From the NCBI GenBank assembly GCA_963820825.1, contig CAWGBN010000001.1, positions 1 to 64,000 on the forward strand: a DNA stretch of 64,000 nt. Direction: 5' to 3'. This DNA is from Vulcanimicrobiota bacterium. GTDB lineage: Bacteria > Vulcanimicrobiota > Vulcanimicrobiia > Vulcanimicrobiales > Vulcanimicrobiaceae. Shown piece after piece: positions 19,788 to 33,567 of this stretch. The notes beneath the pieces are model-generated. The model was not told the DNA's origin. It saw only the letters and a list, made by a program, of their open reading frames with translations, and ran no database searches. The translations under genes were made by a program, and so were the position numbers. Within the stretch, counting starts at the first letter, position 1. Each line of letters opens with the position of its first letter.

Positions 19788-20740
19788 GGCGTGGCGGCGG
19801 GGGGCATCACGCGCGAATAGGCGCGAACGATCCTGGCGACGAGCGGGTGGCGCACGACGTCGCTCTCGTCGAGCTCGACGATGCCGATATCTTCGATGCC
19901 GGCGAGCCGCGTGGCGGCGGCACGTAAACCGCTGCGCTGGCCCGCCGGAAGATCGATCTGCGTCACGTCGCCCGTCACGACCATCTTCGAGCCGCTCCCC
20001 AGCCGGGTCAGAAACATCTTGAGCTGATCGTCGGTTGCATTCTGCGCTTCGTCGAGAATGACGAAGCAGTCCGAGAGCGTTCGTCCGCGCATGAAGGCCA
20101 GCGGTGCGACTTCGAGCGTGCCGCGTTCCATATACTTATTGACGAGCGCCTCGTCGAGCATCTCACCGAGCACGTCGAAGAGCGGGCGCATGTACGGATC
20201 GAACTTTTCCCGCAAATCGCCCGGGAGGAACCCGAGCCGTTCGCCGGCCTCAACCGCCGGACGTGAGAGAACGACCCGCGCGACCTCGCGCCGCTTGAGC
20301 GCCCGCACAGCCATCACCACCGCGAGATAGGTCTTCCCGGTGCCGGCCGGGCCTATCCCGAAGGTGAGCGTCGCCTCCTCGATCGAGCGAACGAAGCGCC
20401 GTTGACCGGCGGTTCGTGGGCGAACTTCACGTCCGCGGTGGCTGCGCAGCAGCGTTTCGGGCAGGCCGGCGTTCTGTGAGGTACCGGCATCCGAGAGCGC
20501 CAGCGCGACGTCGTCGGGCGTGATGTGCGCGCCGCCGACGGCGGCATCGAGAATTCGGCGAACGACTTCCTCGGCGCGCGCGACGGCCGCGTCGTCACCC
20601 GCTACGAGCAAGCGGTCGCCTTCGGTTCGCACGGCCACGTCGAGCGACGACTCGATCGCCGACAAGTTGCGATCGTACTCGCCGAAGAGGCGGAGGCGGT
20701 CGGAGAGCTCGCCGAGGTCGATCGATCGTTGCGCGGTCAA
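19784..20740 (-). CDS. phoH: PhoH family ATPase
   Basis: GPAGTGKTYLA, RPAVEAGERLGFLPGD, LAFMRGRT, DEAQN. Confidence 0.95.
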   Translation of the reverse strand: MTAQRSIDLGELSDRLRLFGEYDRNLSAIESSLDVAVRTEGDRLLVAGDDAAVARAEEVVRRILDAAVGGAHITPDDVALALSDAGTSQNAGLPETLLRSHRGREVRPRTAGQRRFVRSIEEATLTFGIGPAGTGKTYLAVVMAVRALKRREVARVVLSRPAVEAGERLGFLPGDLREKFDPYMRPLFDVLGEMLDEALVNKYMERGTLEVAPLAFMRGRTLSDCFVILDEAQNATDDQLKMFLTRLGSGSKMVVTGDVTQIDLPAGQRSGLRAAATRLAGIEDIGIVELDESDVVRHPLVARIVRAYSRVMPPAATP

Positions 20741-21117
20741 TGCGGAGAGTATTCGTCGCTCAGGCCGCGGGGCTTTCCGAGGACCTCCGCGGCGATCACC
20801 GCGCGCACCAGCTCCCCTCGCGTCTCGAAGAGGCGAACTCGCCGCCGAACCTGACCGACCGGCGGCGGCGGGTGCTCGGAGACCGGTTGCGGCGGCGGCT
20901 TACGCCGCGCGGCGGGCGCGCTCGGCGCCGGCGGCGGAGCAGGCGGCGCGGCGGCCGGCTGGGCCTGCAGACGTATCGTAGCCGCGGGCCGCGGGCGCTC
21001 GCGGCGCTGCTGCGACTGAGGCTGCGCCTGCATCTGCTTGCGAACGGTTGAAATCATGCTGCCGATGACGCCGACGAGCAGCAACACCACCCAGATGACG
21101 ACGCCGACTTCGCGCAT
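20737..21117 (-). CDS. hypothetical membrane-anchored protein (yqfB position)
   Basis: N-terminal TM, Pro/Ala linker, C-terminal LVRAVIAAEVLGKPR. Confidence 0.7.
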   Translation of the reverse strand: MREVGVVIWVVLLLVGVIGSMISTVRKQMQAQPQSQQRRERPRPAATIRLQAQPAAAPPAPPPAPSAPAARRKPPPQPVSEHPPPPVGQVRRRVRLFETRGELVRAVIAAEVLGKPRGLSDEYSPH

Positions 21118-21126
21118 ACCGTCGAG

Positions 21127-22137
21127 TTACTTCGGAGCGGGACCCGTCAGCGGTGGTTGCTGCAAATCGCTCGACGCCTCGGTCGACGCGCCGATCGACG
21201 AGCGCATCTCGGTATCGGCCTGCACGTTCCTGAGCCGATAGTAATCCATCACGCCGAGATTCCCACGCAGAAAAGCCTGGGCGATTGCCTGCGGTATCGA
21301 CGCTTCGGCCTCGACGACTTTTGCGCGCATCGCTTGCGTCTCGGCTTTCTGCTCCTGCTCGGCGGCCAGCGCGGCGTACTGCCGTTCCGCGGCCTTTGCC
21401 TGCGCGATTCGGCGGTCGGCTTCCGCCTGGCTCGTCTGCAGCTCCGCACCGATGTTCTTTCCGACGTCGACGTCGGCAATATCGATCGAGACGATCTCGA
21501 AGGCCGTGCCGGCATCGAGGCCTTTCGCCAGCACGGTCTTACTGATCCGGTCGGGATATTCGAGCACTTCCTTATGATCGATCGCGGCGCCGACGGCCGA
21601 AACGACACCCTCGCCGACGCGGGCGACGATCGTCGGTTCTCCGGCTCCGCCGACATACCGGTCAAGGTTGCTGCGAACCGTTATCCGCGCCTTAACGTTG
21701 AGTTGAATGCCGTTTTGAGCGACGCCTTGGAAGATCGGCGTCTCGATCACCTTCGGAGTGACCGAGGTCTGCAGCGCTTCGAGGACGTTGCGCCCGGCGA
21801 GATCGATCGCTGCGGCGCGCTGCCACTCCAACGGAATCTGGGCTCGCTGCGCGGCGATCATCGCCAGCGTCACGTTCTCGACGTTTCCGCCGGCGAGATA
21901 ATGCGATTGCATCTGATCGACGCTGAGGTTCAGTCCCGCTTTGCGCGCGCGCACGTAGTTCGTCACGATCACGCCCGGAGGAATCCCGATCAAACGCATC
22001 CGCACGAGGGCGATGATCCCCAGCGGCACGCCCGCCGCAATCGTGCGGATCCACAAACCGATCGGAAAGTAATAGAGAAAGGCAAAGAATGCAATGATGA
22101 CGATCAGAATGACGATCGCACCGCTGACGGCAATCAT
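21127..22137 (-). CDS. floA: flotillin-like protein FloA (YqfA)
   Basis: [51 protein letters not shown]. Confidence 0.93.
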   Translation of the reverse strand: MIAVSGAIVILIVIIAFFAFLYYFPIGLWIRTIAAGVPLGIIALVRMRLIGIPPGVIVTNYVRARKAGLNLSVDQMQSHYLAGGNVENVTLAMIAAQRAQIPLEWQRAAAIDLAGRNVLEALQTSVTPKVIETPIFQGVAQNGIQLNVKARITVRSNLDRYVGGAGEPTIVARVGEGVVSAVGAAIDHKEVLEYPDRISKTVLAKGLDAGTAFEIVSIDIADVDVGKNIGAELQTSQAEADRRIAQAKAAERQYAALAAEQEQKAETQAMRAKVVEAEASIPQAIAQAFLRGNLGVMDYYRLRNVQADTEMRSSIGASTEASSDLQQPPLTGPAPK

Positions 22138-22145
22138 ATCGGCTC

Positions 22146-23444
22146 CTATCCCGAGAACGGCTCGACGAAAACGCGTGCGCCTTCGACGCGCACGACGCGG
22201 ATGGGGGTTCCCTGCGCGATGAACTCACCCTCGGTGAGGACGTCGACGCGGCGCCCGTCGACCGAAGCGATTCCGGCGGGGCGCAGGTAGCTGACCGCGG
22301 TGCCGGAGCGTCCGCGCAGGTCGCGGTAATCGGCGCTGGCGACGTATTCGGGACCTTGTGCCGAGGCCAGCGCAAGCCGGTGGGCCCACGCGTTCTCCGG
22401 CACCGCGCGCACGGTCAGCGTGAACGCGATCACGGTCAGCACGATTGCGGTTGCGATCGTTTCGAGCCCGACGAAGAAAAACGGTAGGCCGAAAGCAAAG
22501 AGCACGGCGACCAGCAAGGCACCGGCACCGAGGATTCCCGGTAGTCCGTGACCCGGCACGACGTGCAGCTCCCAGAGGATTCCGAGCAGCCCGACCACCG
22601 CGAGCACGGCAACGAAACCGTTCGAGAAGCCCGCGTAGATGTGACTTCCGAAGAAGAGCACGAGTGCGCCGACGCCGAGCAGGCCCGCTATCCCGTGCAT
22701 CGTCTGCATCTCGATGAGCAGTCCGAGCATGCCGATCGTGAGCAGCAGGCCGCTCACTACAGGATCCGTCGCGAATCGCGCGAGGCTCTCCGCCCACGAA
22801 AAGGCCTCGGTCGTGCGCGGTGCCTCCGAAAGATGGAGCGCAACGAGCGCCGCTTCGAGCGAGGGTGCGGTGCCGCCGGCAATGCCGGAACGCAGCGCAT
22901 CGTCGGTGCTCAACGTGAGAATCGTGCCGGAGCGCTTATACTGCGGAAAGTCGACGCCTTTGTCGACCATTGCCGCGGCGAGTTTCGGATCGCGGTGACT
23001 GCGCTCGGCGGTCGATTCGAACTCGGCTCGCAGTGCGGAGATCGTCTTGACGGTCGCCGGAATCGGCTCGGCGGCGCCGATCGATGCACCCGGCGCCATG
23101 ATGATCCGATTTGCAGTGAGCGTGATCAGCGCCGCGGCCGAGTAGGCGCGTTCGCTGACATACGCATCGACCGGCTCTTGCGCAGCGAAGAGTGCGTCGC
23201 GAATCCGAAATGCCGCCCCGACGAGCCCGCCCGGGCTATTGACGTCGAGCACGATCGCTGCGGCATGTTCGCGATTCGCTTCTTCGACCGAACGCTCGAC
23301 GAGATGAGCCATTCCGTCGTCGACCGTGCCGGAGATCGGCACCACGACGATCGGACGCTGGAACGGCTGTCCGGCGGCCGTTCCGCTCAGACCGGACAGC
23401 AAAAGGCCGCACCAGAGCCAAACCTGCGGCCGGAATTTCCTCAT
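22146..23444 (-). CDS. nfeD: NfeD family membrane serine protease
   Basis: [26 protein letters not shown] region and C-terminal LRPAG OB fold. Confidence 0.9.
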   Translation of the reverse strand: MRKFRPQVWLWCGLLLSGLSGTAAGQPFQRPIVVVPISGTVDDGMAHLVERSVEEANREHAAAIVLDVNSPGGLVGAAFRIRDALFAAQEPVDAYVSERAYSAAALITLTANRIIMAPGASIGAAEPIPATVKTISALRAEFESTAERSHRDPKLAAAMVDKGVDFPQYKRSGTILTLSTDDALRSGIAGGTAPSLEAALVALHLSEAPRTTEAFSWAESLARFATDPVVSGLLLTIGMLGLLIEMQTMHGIAGLLGVGALVLFFGSHIYAGFSNGFVAVLAVVGLLGILWELHVVPGHGLPGILGAGALLVAVLFAFGLPFFFVGLETIATAIVLTVIAFTLTVRAVPENAWAHRLALASAQGPEYVASADYRDLRGRSGTAVSYLRPAGIASVDGRRVDVLTEGEFIAQGTPIRVVRVEGARVFVEPFSG

Positions 23445-23475
23445 GCCGCTAGCTACCTTTGCCCGTAGCGGAAGG

Positions 23476-23922
23476 TTACGCCTGGAGCTCCTCGGTGACG
23501 ATCTGCCGCACGAGGTTCCCATCGGCGACCCCGCGCAGCTGAGGCATAACCACCTTCATGACGCCCCCGGCGTTGCGCGCCTCGGGCGGGAGCTCCGCCA
23601 AGACGCTCTGCACGATCTCCCGTATCTCGGCAGGCGAACGCTGTGCCGGCAGGTAGGCGAGCAGAATCTCTCGTTCCGCACGTTCTTTCTCGGCCAGATC
23701 TGCTCGGCCGGCTTTTTCAAACTCTGCGTGCGAGTCGGCGCGCTGCTTGACCAGACGCCGGACGACCTCGAGTTCGTCGGCCTCGGAGAGTTCCTGGCCG
23801 CTCTCGGTGCGCTTGTAGATGAATCCGGAGAGCGCCGAGCGCAACGTATCAAGGCGCAACTGGTCGCGCGCCCGCATCGCCTCTTTGAGATCCGAGGCGA
23901 TTCGGTCCTTTAGAGTTCCCAT
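23476..23922 (-). CDS. yqeY: GatB/YqeY domain protein
   Basis: DLKEAMRARD, KQRADS..FEKAGRADLA..E..IL..YLP. Confidence 0.92.
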   Translation of the reverse strand: MGTLKDRIASDLKEAMRARDQLRLDTLRSALSGFIYKRTESGQELSEADELEVVRRLVKQRADSHAEFEKAGRADLAEKERAEREILLAYLPAQRSPAEIREIVQSVLAELPPEARNAGGVMKVVMPQLRGVADGNLVRQIVTEELQA

Positions 23923-23931
23923 GGCGAACGC

Positions 23932-24102
23932 TTAGGCGCGGCGCTTACGAGCCGCAGCGGACTTCTTCTTGCGGCGAACGCTCGGCTTTTCATAGTGCTC
24001 GTGCTTGCGCGCCTCGGCGAGAATGCCGGCTTTTTGGGTGGCCTTCTTGAAGCGGCGCAACGCGCTCTCGATCGTTTCGCCCGGAGCGATGCGAACTTCC
24101 AT
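23932..24102 (-). CDS. rpsU: 30S ribosomal protein S21 (absent from ORF track)
   Basis: [56 protein letters not shown]. Confidence 0.95.
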   Translation of the reverse strand: MEVRIAPGETIESALRRFKKATQKAGILAEARKHEHYEKPSVRRKKKSAAARKRRA

Positions 24103-24180
24103 TTATTGACGACCCCCCTTTCGGCGCGCTCGTGCATTGCTTGCAGAGCACGAAAAATTAGGCCCCGTTGGGCCTAACGT

Positions 24181-24209
24181 AGCCTAACATAGCCAATCGG
24201 GGGCGTCAA
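24181..24209 (-). promoter_or_regulatory. sigma70-type promoter of the rpsU operon
   Basis: TTGACG-N17-TAGGCT with extended TG. Confidence 0.65.
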
Positions 24210-24232
24210 ATACCGGAATCCGCCACCGATAT

Positions 24233-24574
24233 TTAGCCCGGAGGCCAGGTCATGCGCCGGCCTGCGAGGACGTGCACGTGCACGTGGCCGACGGTCTGGC
24301 CCCCATCGGCTCCGGTATTTACGACGAGCCGAAAGCCGCCCGCCCCGCCGATGCGCTCGCCCAACCGCGACGCCAGCCCCATCAATTCAGCAACGAGTTC
24401 GGCGTTGGCTGCCGCGGCGTCGGCCAGCGTCGCATGATGCTCGACCGGCATCACCAACAGATGCGTCGGCGCTTGGGGGTTAAGGTCTTCGATCGCAACG
24501 ACGCGGTCGCTGCGATCGACGATCTTCGCCGGCAGCCCGCCCGCGGCAATCTTGCAGAAAATACACTCGTTCAT
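24233..24574 (-). CDS. HIT family nucleotide-binding protein
   Basis: CIFCKI, DLNPQAPTHLL, GQTVGHVHVHVL; start at ATG 24574. Confidence 0.93.
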   Translation of the reverse strand: MNECIFCKIAAGGLPAKIVDRSDRVVAIEDLNPQAPTHLLVMPVEHHATLADAAAANAELVAELMGLASRLGERIGGAGGFRLVVNTGADGGQTVGHVHVHVLAGRRMTWPPG

Positions 24575-26109
24575 CAGTGCGTCCGAATCGTGAAGCTCCA
24601 CGACTTGGTCGTCGTGTTCCCCGCCAGATCGGCAACGCGAACCGTCACGCTGACGTGGCCGTCGGGATACTCGTACGACGGCAGGTATTGAATGAACTGC
24701 GCCGTGCGAACGCACTCCGAGGTAACGTCGCGTCCATTGATCCAGAGCAGCGCGCTCGAAGGATTCACCGGAACCGCATCCGCAGCAAAGCTCGCGTAGA
24801 CGGCCGGACGATTCGTATTGATCGAGACGCCTGCGTTCGGGGCGAAGTCCGAGATGCCCGGGCCGAAGCTCGAAGCCGATACGGTCTCCGCTGCCGGGGC
24901 CTGTGCGGTCGCGTTGCCGATCGTGAGCCGCCCGATGAGTGCGACGTCTTCGAAGTTCGCGCCGCGCGGAATCGTGTAGCTGCCCGCATAAAGGCCCGCG
25001 GTTCGTTGCTGCATCGCCTGATTGACGACGTCCGAGCCGATGTCGAACGTGGCCGCGCCGCCCGCCGTCCCTCGGAGCGTCACGTGAATCGTATCGCCTG
25101 CGCGTAAGGGATGGTTCGCGTCGGTCTCGACCGCGCTGATTTGAACGGCCCCAACCGCGCCCGCTAGAGTGGCGGCGACTGCACGGCTGGCAAGGATCTC
25201 GCGAACCTCGTTGGTCTCCACGTTGTAACGCACGGTGACCTCGTCGTTCGGGCGAAGCGCGTCAAACGATGCGCCATTTCCGTTGAGCGAAATCTCGGTC
25301 GTCCGTCCAGCCGCGATCACCTGGCCATCTCCAAGCACGAACTGGCTTCCGGCGATCGCAACGATGTGGCCGTTGCGCGATCCGTACTCGTCGGCGATTC
25401 GCTCGACGCGTCCGTCCTTGCGCATCTGGACCCGCGCGAAATCTCCGGGACGAACGTCGCCGAGCTCGCCGGGCGTGGTGACGTTCACGTTGACGTCCTG
25501 CATCTCGATCGTCGCGTTCGACGCGACCGGTATCGTCCGCACGCCGCCGCCTCGCTGTAGAGTAATCGTCGGCGGATCGGAGAGCACGTCGACGGCGGCT
25601 ACCGTTCCGAACCGTTCGTAACCGTTGCCGGTCGAGACGAAACCGTTCGACGAGCGGCCGACCAGCTGAGCCACGATCGCGACCGTGTTGGTACGCCGGT
25701 CAAAATTGGCCTGCGCGCCGAGAACGTCGGTGAAGAACCGCAGCGGCACGTAGAGCACGTCGTGGATATCGATCGGCGCGGCCTGAAGCGGCACTTGCGC
25801 GCCGTCGATCTGAGCGACGGGGCTGCCGATCGTCAGGATGACGCTCTTCGAACCGATCTGCGTCATGAGGTGATTTCCGGAGCGCTGGAACGAGAGCCCC
25901 AGCGCTTCGATCGTTCGCCGTACCGGCACGTAGAGCAGGTTGTGCTCGAAACGCGCCGGCGGGTCGAGTGCGAGCGCATCGCCGTTGATGACGATCGCGA
26001 TCGCCTTCGGCGCGGCCGGCTTCGGCGCAGCCGGCTTCGGCGCAGCCGCAACCGCGTGCGATTCTGCAATCGCAATCAATATGGCCAGGACGGCGACGTG
26101 CCGTTTCAA
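24574..26109 (-). CDS. secreted copper amine oxidase N-terminal domain protein with OB-like repeats and Ig-like C-terminus
   Basis: TTG after GGAGG; signal peptide, AAPKP repeats, LYVPVRRTIEALG and LYVPLRFFTDVLGA motifs. Confidence 0.75.
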   Translation of the reverse strand: MKRHVAVLAILIAIAESHAVAAAPKPAAPKPAAPKAIAIVINGDALALDPPARFEHNLLYVPVRRTIEALGLSFQRSGNHLMTQIGSKSVILTIGSPVAQIDGAQVPLQAAPIDIHDVLYVPLRFFTDVLGAQANFDRRTNTVAIVAQLVGRSSNGFVSTGNGYERFGTVAAVDVLSDPPTITLQRGGGVRTIPVASNATIEMQDVNVNVTTPGELGDVRPGDFARVQMRKDGRVERIADEYGSRNGHIVAIAGSQFVLGDGQVIAAGRTTEISLNGNGASFDALRPNDEVTVRYNVETNEVREILASRAVAATLAGAVGAVQISAVETDANHPLRAGDTIHVTLRGTAGGAATFDIGSDVVNQAMQQRTAGLYAGSYTIPRGANFEDVALIGRLTIGNATAQAPAAETVSASSFGPGISDFAPNAGVSINTNRPAVYASFAADAVPVNPSSALLWINGRDVTSECVRTAQFIQYLPSYEYPDGHVSVTVRVADLAGNTTTKSWSFTIRTH

Positions 26110-27122
26110 CGTTCCTCCAATACCTCTCGATAGACGTCGGCGGTCGCGCGAGCGCAGCGATCCCACGTCAACTCCTTCGCCGCGGCGCGTCCGCGTTCGA
26201 TCGACCCCGCTCGCACCGCCGCGTCGGTGAAGAGCTCTTCGAGCCGTCTGCGCAGCTGCGCCGAATCCCGTACCCCAAACGTCAGCGCCGCGGCGCAAAG
26301 CGGGCGCGGGACGGCATCTTCGCATGCGACCACCGGACAGCCTACCGACATCGCCTCCAGCATCGGCAATCCGAAGCCTTCGCGCAAGGCCGGCTGCACG
26401 AGCGCGCTCGCTCCGCCGTAGTAGGCGGCGAGCCGCTCGATCGTGACGTCGCCAAGCGCCAGGATCGAACGCCCGGGACCGGAGCGACGCTGGAGCTCGC
26501 CGCCAAAATCGTCCGGCCCGGTGACGTAGAGGTCGACGGCCCATCGCTCCGGCAGTGCCGACCAGGCATCGAAGAGCGTCGCCAGGTCTTTATGTTGGCG
26601 GTGATTGCCGACGTACAACAGGTACGGGCGCGCTCCGTTAAACGGTGCCGGCGGATTGCGAAAGACCTCGTCGACGCCCAGCGGAACTACCCTCACCTTC
26701 GCCGGGTCGACGCCGAGAAGAGTGGCGAGGTCGTTCACGGTGCGCTCGTCGTCGGTAATGACGCGGCGCGCGCGCGCGCACGCGCGGCGCACGACGGTCG
26801 CGTAATACGGCCCGACCTTCGCTTTGAAGTACTGCGGAAAACGCAGGTGAATCAAGTCGTGGATGGTGACGATGAATCGGGGCGGCAACACGACCGGGAC
26901 GTACTGCGAAAGAAAGTGCACGAGATCGAGCCTTGCCCGGCGCAGTGCGATCGGAAGTTCGATCTGCTCGGCCCAGCCGAAGTTCCCGCCCCGCGCGAAG
27001 GAGACGTAGGCATACTCCGGCGCGACGACCGGCAAGCGCGCCACCAGCTCCCGCGCGTAGGTCTGCATTCCCGCCGAGAGCTGCCGCGTCAATCGCGCAT
27101 CGAGCCCGATTCGCACCTTCAC
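26106..27122 (-). CDS. glycosyltransferase family 4
   Basis: IGLDAR, VTIHDL, YVGNHRQHKD, EGFGLPMLEAM; GTG start overlapping the upstream stop. Confidence 0.92.
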   Translation of the reverse strand: MKVRIGLDARLTRQLSAGMQTYARELVARLPVVAPEYAYVSFARGGNFGWAEQIELPIALRRARLDLVHFLSQYVPVVLPPRFIVTIHDLIHLRFPQYFKAKVGPYYATVVRRACARARRVITDDERTVNDLATLLGVDPAKVRVVPLGVDEVFRNPPAPFNGARPYLLYVGNHRQHKDLATLFDAWSALPERWAVDLYVTGPDDFGGELQRRSGPGRSILALGDVTIERLAAYYGGASALVQPALREGFGLPMLEAMSVGCPVVACEDAVPRPLCAAALTFGVRDSAQLRRRLEELFTDAAVRAGSIERGRAAAKELTWDRCARATADVYREVLEER

Positions 27123-27846
27123 CGAAAGAGCGCTTTGCGCGCGGTCACGACCGGATAGAGGGCGGAGCGGTAAGCGACGTACCATCCGCGCGGGCCGTCG
27201 AGCAGCGCGCCGCGCCCGAAGAGCAGCCATGCCAACCGCCCGACGCTCGTGACACCCGCCGCAAGCAGACGCGCGACCGAGCCCGGCATATCTGCCGCCT
27301 CGAGCGCCGTGTACCGGTCGTACTTCGCCCGGTACGTCGCGACGTCGGCATAAGAGTAGTGCAGGAGCGTGCCGGGCAGATCGCCGACGCTGCCGTCGCA
27401 TCGCCACGCCTCGTGAAGGGGCGCGCGCTCCGCCGCGGCCGGATGCGCCTCGAGCGTCACCCGATCGGTGCGGAAGAGCCGAACGAGCGGCTCATCGCGC
27501 CAGATGCGCATCGGCTTTCCGCAAAAATAGGTCGTCCGCTTCACGCGATAAGCGTCGCAGTCGGTGGAGGCTCGCAGAACCGCGTCGCAGAGCACGTCGT
27601 CGAGCGCTTCGTCGGCGTCGATCATCAGCGTCCACGGCGTTGCGACCTGCGAGAGTGCGAACCGGCGCGCCTCCACGAAATCGGTCCACTCGCGCTGAAC
27701 GACCCGCGCTCCCGCTCCGTGCGCAAACTGCACCGTATGGTCGCGCGATCCCGCGTCGAGAACGAAGATGCCGATTCCGCGAGGCAGGCTCGTGAGGGCG
27801 CGCGGCAGATTGCGCTCTTCGTCGCGCGTGAGGAGGACTGCGGTGA

Positions 27847-27847
<1 letters not shown>
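27119..27847 (-). CDS. glycosyltransferase family 2 (WaaE/KdtX-like)
   Basis: ITAVLLTRDEERNL..VLDAGSRDHT upstream of GTG 27733, IDADE motif, LLHYSY. Confidence 0.88.
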
Positions 27848-30549
<2,702 letters not shown>

Positions 30550-30553
<4 letters not shown>

Positions 30554-31623
30554 CCCGCGGCCTCGCCGGCAAGAAGCCGCGCGCGCTCGTCGGCGATGAG
30601 CTCGTCCGTAATGTGCCCGAGATCGCCGTCCATCACGCCGCGGATGTTCCCGAAGCTCCGATTGATCCGGTGATCGGTAATACGGTCTTGCGGAAAGTTA
30701 TAGGTGCGAATCTTCTCCGAGCGTTCGCCGGTGCCGACCTGCGAGCGCCGCAACGAGCCGACCGCCTCTTCTTGCTCGCGCCGTTTGCGATCGTAGAGCG
30801 TCGCGCGCAACATCGCCATCGCTTTCTCGCGGTTCTGCTGCTGCGAGCGCTCTTGCTGCGAGGCGACGATGACTCCGCTCGGCACGTGGGTAATGCGAAC
30901 GGCGGACTCGGTCTTATTGACGTACTGGCCGCCGGCTCCCGACGCCTTATAGGTATCGATCTGCAGATCGGCCGCTTTGATCTCGATCTCGGCGTCGTCT
31001 TCAACTTGGGGAAGAACCGCGACCGTCGCTGTGCTGGTGTGAATCCGCCCCTGGGCTTCGGTCGCCGGAACGCGCTGGACGCGATGGACGCCCGATTCGT
31101 GTTTGAGGTAGCGGTACGGCTCTCTGCCGGTCACCGCGAAGACGATCTCCTTATAACCACCGGCCTCGCTCGAGTTCTCCGAGACGAGCTCGGTCTTCAT
31201 CCCGTTCGCCTCGGCAAAGCGCATGTACATCCGTGCGAGGTCGCCGGCAAAGATCGCCGCCTCGTCGCCGCCCGTGCCCGCGCGAATCTCGACGAAGACG
31301 TCGCGCGCGTCGTTGGGGTCGCGCGGCATCATCAGCGCGGTAAGCTCGCTCTCGAGCTCGACCGCGCGCTCGCGCAAGCGGGCGTTCTCTTCTTCTGCAA
31401 GGGCGCGCAACTCGCCGTCACTCTGACGAGCGAGCACGTCGTTTGCTTCGATCTCGGCCCGCAGCGCGGCGAGCTTGCGATAGGTTTCGACCGGCGCTTC
31501 GAGCTGCGCGCGCTCTTTGACGAGCGCGGTGTAGCGCGATTGGTCGAAGGCCCCCGCCGGGTTGGCGAGCTGCGCGTCGATCTCGTCGAAGCGCCTCGCC
31601 ATCGAACGGAGCCGGTCGATCAG
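30550..31623 (-). CDS. prfA: peptide chain release factor 1
   Basis: [16 protein letters not shown] (PxT motif), IRTYNFPQ; start CTG 31623 or ATG 31602. Confidence 0.97.
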
Positions 31624-31892
31624 AGGGCGGCTGCCGCCTTCTTCGCGTCGCGCGCGGCCTGGCGGGCTGCGGCCTCCTCTTGCTTCCGGCGCGCCGCCGC
31701 GGAGCGCTGGTTGAACTTATCGACCCGGCCTGCGGTATCGACGAGCTTCTGCTGTCCCGTGAAGAGCGGGTGGCAGGCCGCGCAGATCTCGACTGCGATC
31801 TCCGGGAGGGTCGAGCCGGTCACGAAAGTGTTGCCACAGGCGCAATGCACCTTGGCCTCGGGGTACCATTTAGGATGGATTTTGGTCTTCAC
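31620..31892 (-). CDS. rpmE: 50S ribosomal protein L31 (zinc type)
   Basis: [27 protein letters not shown]. Confidence 0.97.
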   Translation of the reverse strand: MKTKIHPKWYPEAKVHCACGNTFVTGSTLPEIAVEICAACHPLFTGQQKLVDTAGRVDKFNQRSAAARRKQEEAAARQAARDAKKAAAAL

Positions 31893-32061
31893 AGCCCCTG
31901 CATTATACCAAGCGTGTCAAAAAGGTCGCTTGCTTGCTAGCGGCGCGACGTCCTAGGACGGCCTTTCGTTCTAGAGAGGTAAAGGGAGCGGTACTTGGTC
32001 GAATGACCCTGTAGGAGAAGCCGTTGCCAGCTACCGCTTTATGGTGAGGTAAAACTACGCT

Positions 32062-33522
32062 ATGCGTTTCCGTGTGTCCGGCGGTCGGGTCGTTGCCGCA
32101 GCACTCTGTCTACCCCTCGTCGCCGGGTGTCGAGCCGGCGGCGGGGTGCCGTCTCAATCCTTCGTTCCCGCTTACGACGCCGCGAGCCGATCGGCGGCAG
32201 AGCCGATGGCAAAAGGGATCGATAAGATAGAGCACGTCGTGATCATCGTCCAAGAGAACCGCAGCCTCAATAATTTATTCTACGGCTATCCCGGCGCGAA
32301 GACTGCAAAGTACGGACACATCTCGAGCGGGAAGAAAGTGCTGCTGCAGCCGATTTCGCTCGCAACGTCGTGGGATCTCGAGCATAATAGCGGCGGGTTC
32401 ATACGCTCGTGCAACGGCACGGGAAGTATTCCCGGCACCGATTGCCGGATGAACGGCTTCGATAAGCAGACCTGGAGCTGCAACCAGCCAGGGCGGGCGA
32501 AGTGCCCGATCGAGTACCCGCCCTATGCCTACGTTCCGCACGACGAGATTACGCCGTACTTCGATATGGCCAACCAATACGTGCTCGGCGACGAGTTCTA
32601 CGCCTCGGATTTCGATACGAGCAGCTACATCTCGCATCAGTACATCATCGCCGGCATCAACCCCGATCAAGCCGTGAACTATCCCGAAACGGTTTGGGGG
32701 TGTCCCGGCGGCAAGCCCGATCGCATCGACCGGCTCGGCCCCGATCGTGCGATTACGCTCTTTCCGAAGAACGAGCATCCGTGTTCGGACGTCACGACGC
32801 TTGCCGACGAGCTCGACGCGGCCCGCGTAACGTGGAGATTCTACGCGGCGCCCGTCGGGGTCAACAAAGGCGAGAAACCGTGCGGCAGCGGCAGCGACGT
32901 CGGTCCCGATGCCTCGAAGGGGCGGCGCGGCATCTGGAGCGCTTACCAAGCGATACGCCACATCTGCTACGGGCCCGATTGGAGTAAGGACGTATTCTCG
33001 CCGCCGGCGCGGTTCTTCAACGATCTTTCCCGCGGCAGATTTCAAAACGTAACCTGGATCACGCCGACCTATGCGAACTCCGACCACGGCGGCTCGGGGT
33101 CGAAGAGCGGCCCGTCGTGGGTCGCGTCGCTCGTCAATGCGATCGGTAAATCGCCGTTCTGGAATTCGACCGCGATCTTTATCTTCTGGGATGATTCCGG
33201 CGGATGGTACGACCCCGAAGCGCCGGCATATCTCGATAACGACGGACTCGGCTTCCGGCTTCCGTTGCTGATCATCTCTCCGTACGCAAAGAAGGGCCTC
33301 GTCTCGCACGAGCATCTCGAGCACGGCAGCATTTTGAGATTCATCGAGAACCGCTTCGGTCTGGCCCAGCTTGCCGCGAGCGACTCGCGCGCGAAGTCGC
33401 CGCAGCTCTGCTGCTTCGACTTCTCCAAGCCGCCGCGCAAATTCGTCCCGATCAAAGCTCCGCTGGGTCAGAGTTACTTCATGACGCAGCCGCTCGACAT
33501 GCAACCGCCCGACAGCGATTAA
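32062..33522 (+). CDS. phosphoesterase / phospholipase C family lipoprotein
   Basis: Lipobox [39 protein letters not shown]. Confidence 0.9.
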   Translation: MRFRVSGGRVVAAALCLPLVAGCRAGGGVPSQSFVPAYDAASRSAAEPMAKGIDKIEHVVIIVQENRSLNNLFYGYPGAKTAKYGHISSGKKVLLQPISLATSWDLEHNSGGFIRSCNGTGSIPGTDCRMNGFDKQTWSCNQPGRAKCPIEYPPYAYVPHDEITPYFDMANQYVLGDEFYASDFDTSSYISHQYIIAGINPDQAVNYPETVWGCPGGKPDRIDRLGPDRAITLFPKNEHPCSDVTTLADELDAARVTWRFYAAPVGVNKGEKPCGSGSDVGPDASKGRRGIWSAYQAIRHICYGPDWSKDVFSPPARFFNDLSRGRFQNVTWITPTYANSDHGGSGSKSGPSWVASLVNAIGKSPFWNSTAIFIFWDDSGGWYDPEAPAYLDNDGLGFRLPLLIISPYAKKGLVSHEHLEHGSILRFIENRFGLAQLAASDSRAKSPQLCCFDFSKPPRKFVPIKAPLGQSYFMTQPLDMQPPDSD

Positions 33523-33567
33523 AGCACGTGCGAACAGGAGGCGCATACGCGCCTCCCAAAGCCACCG

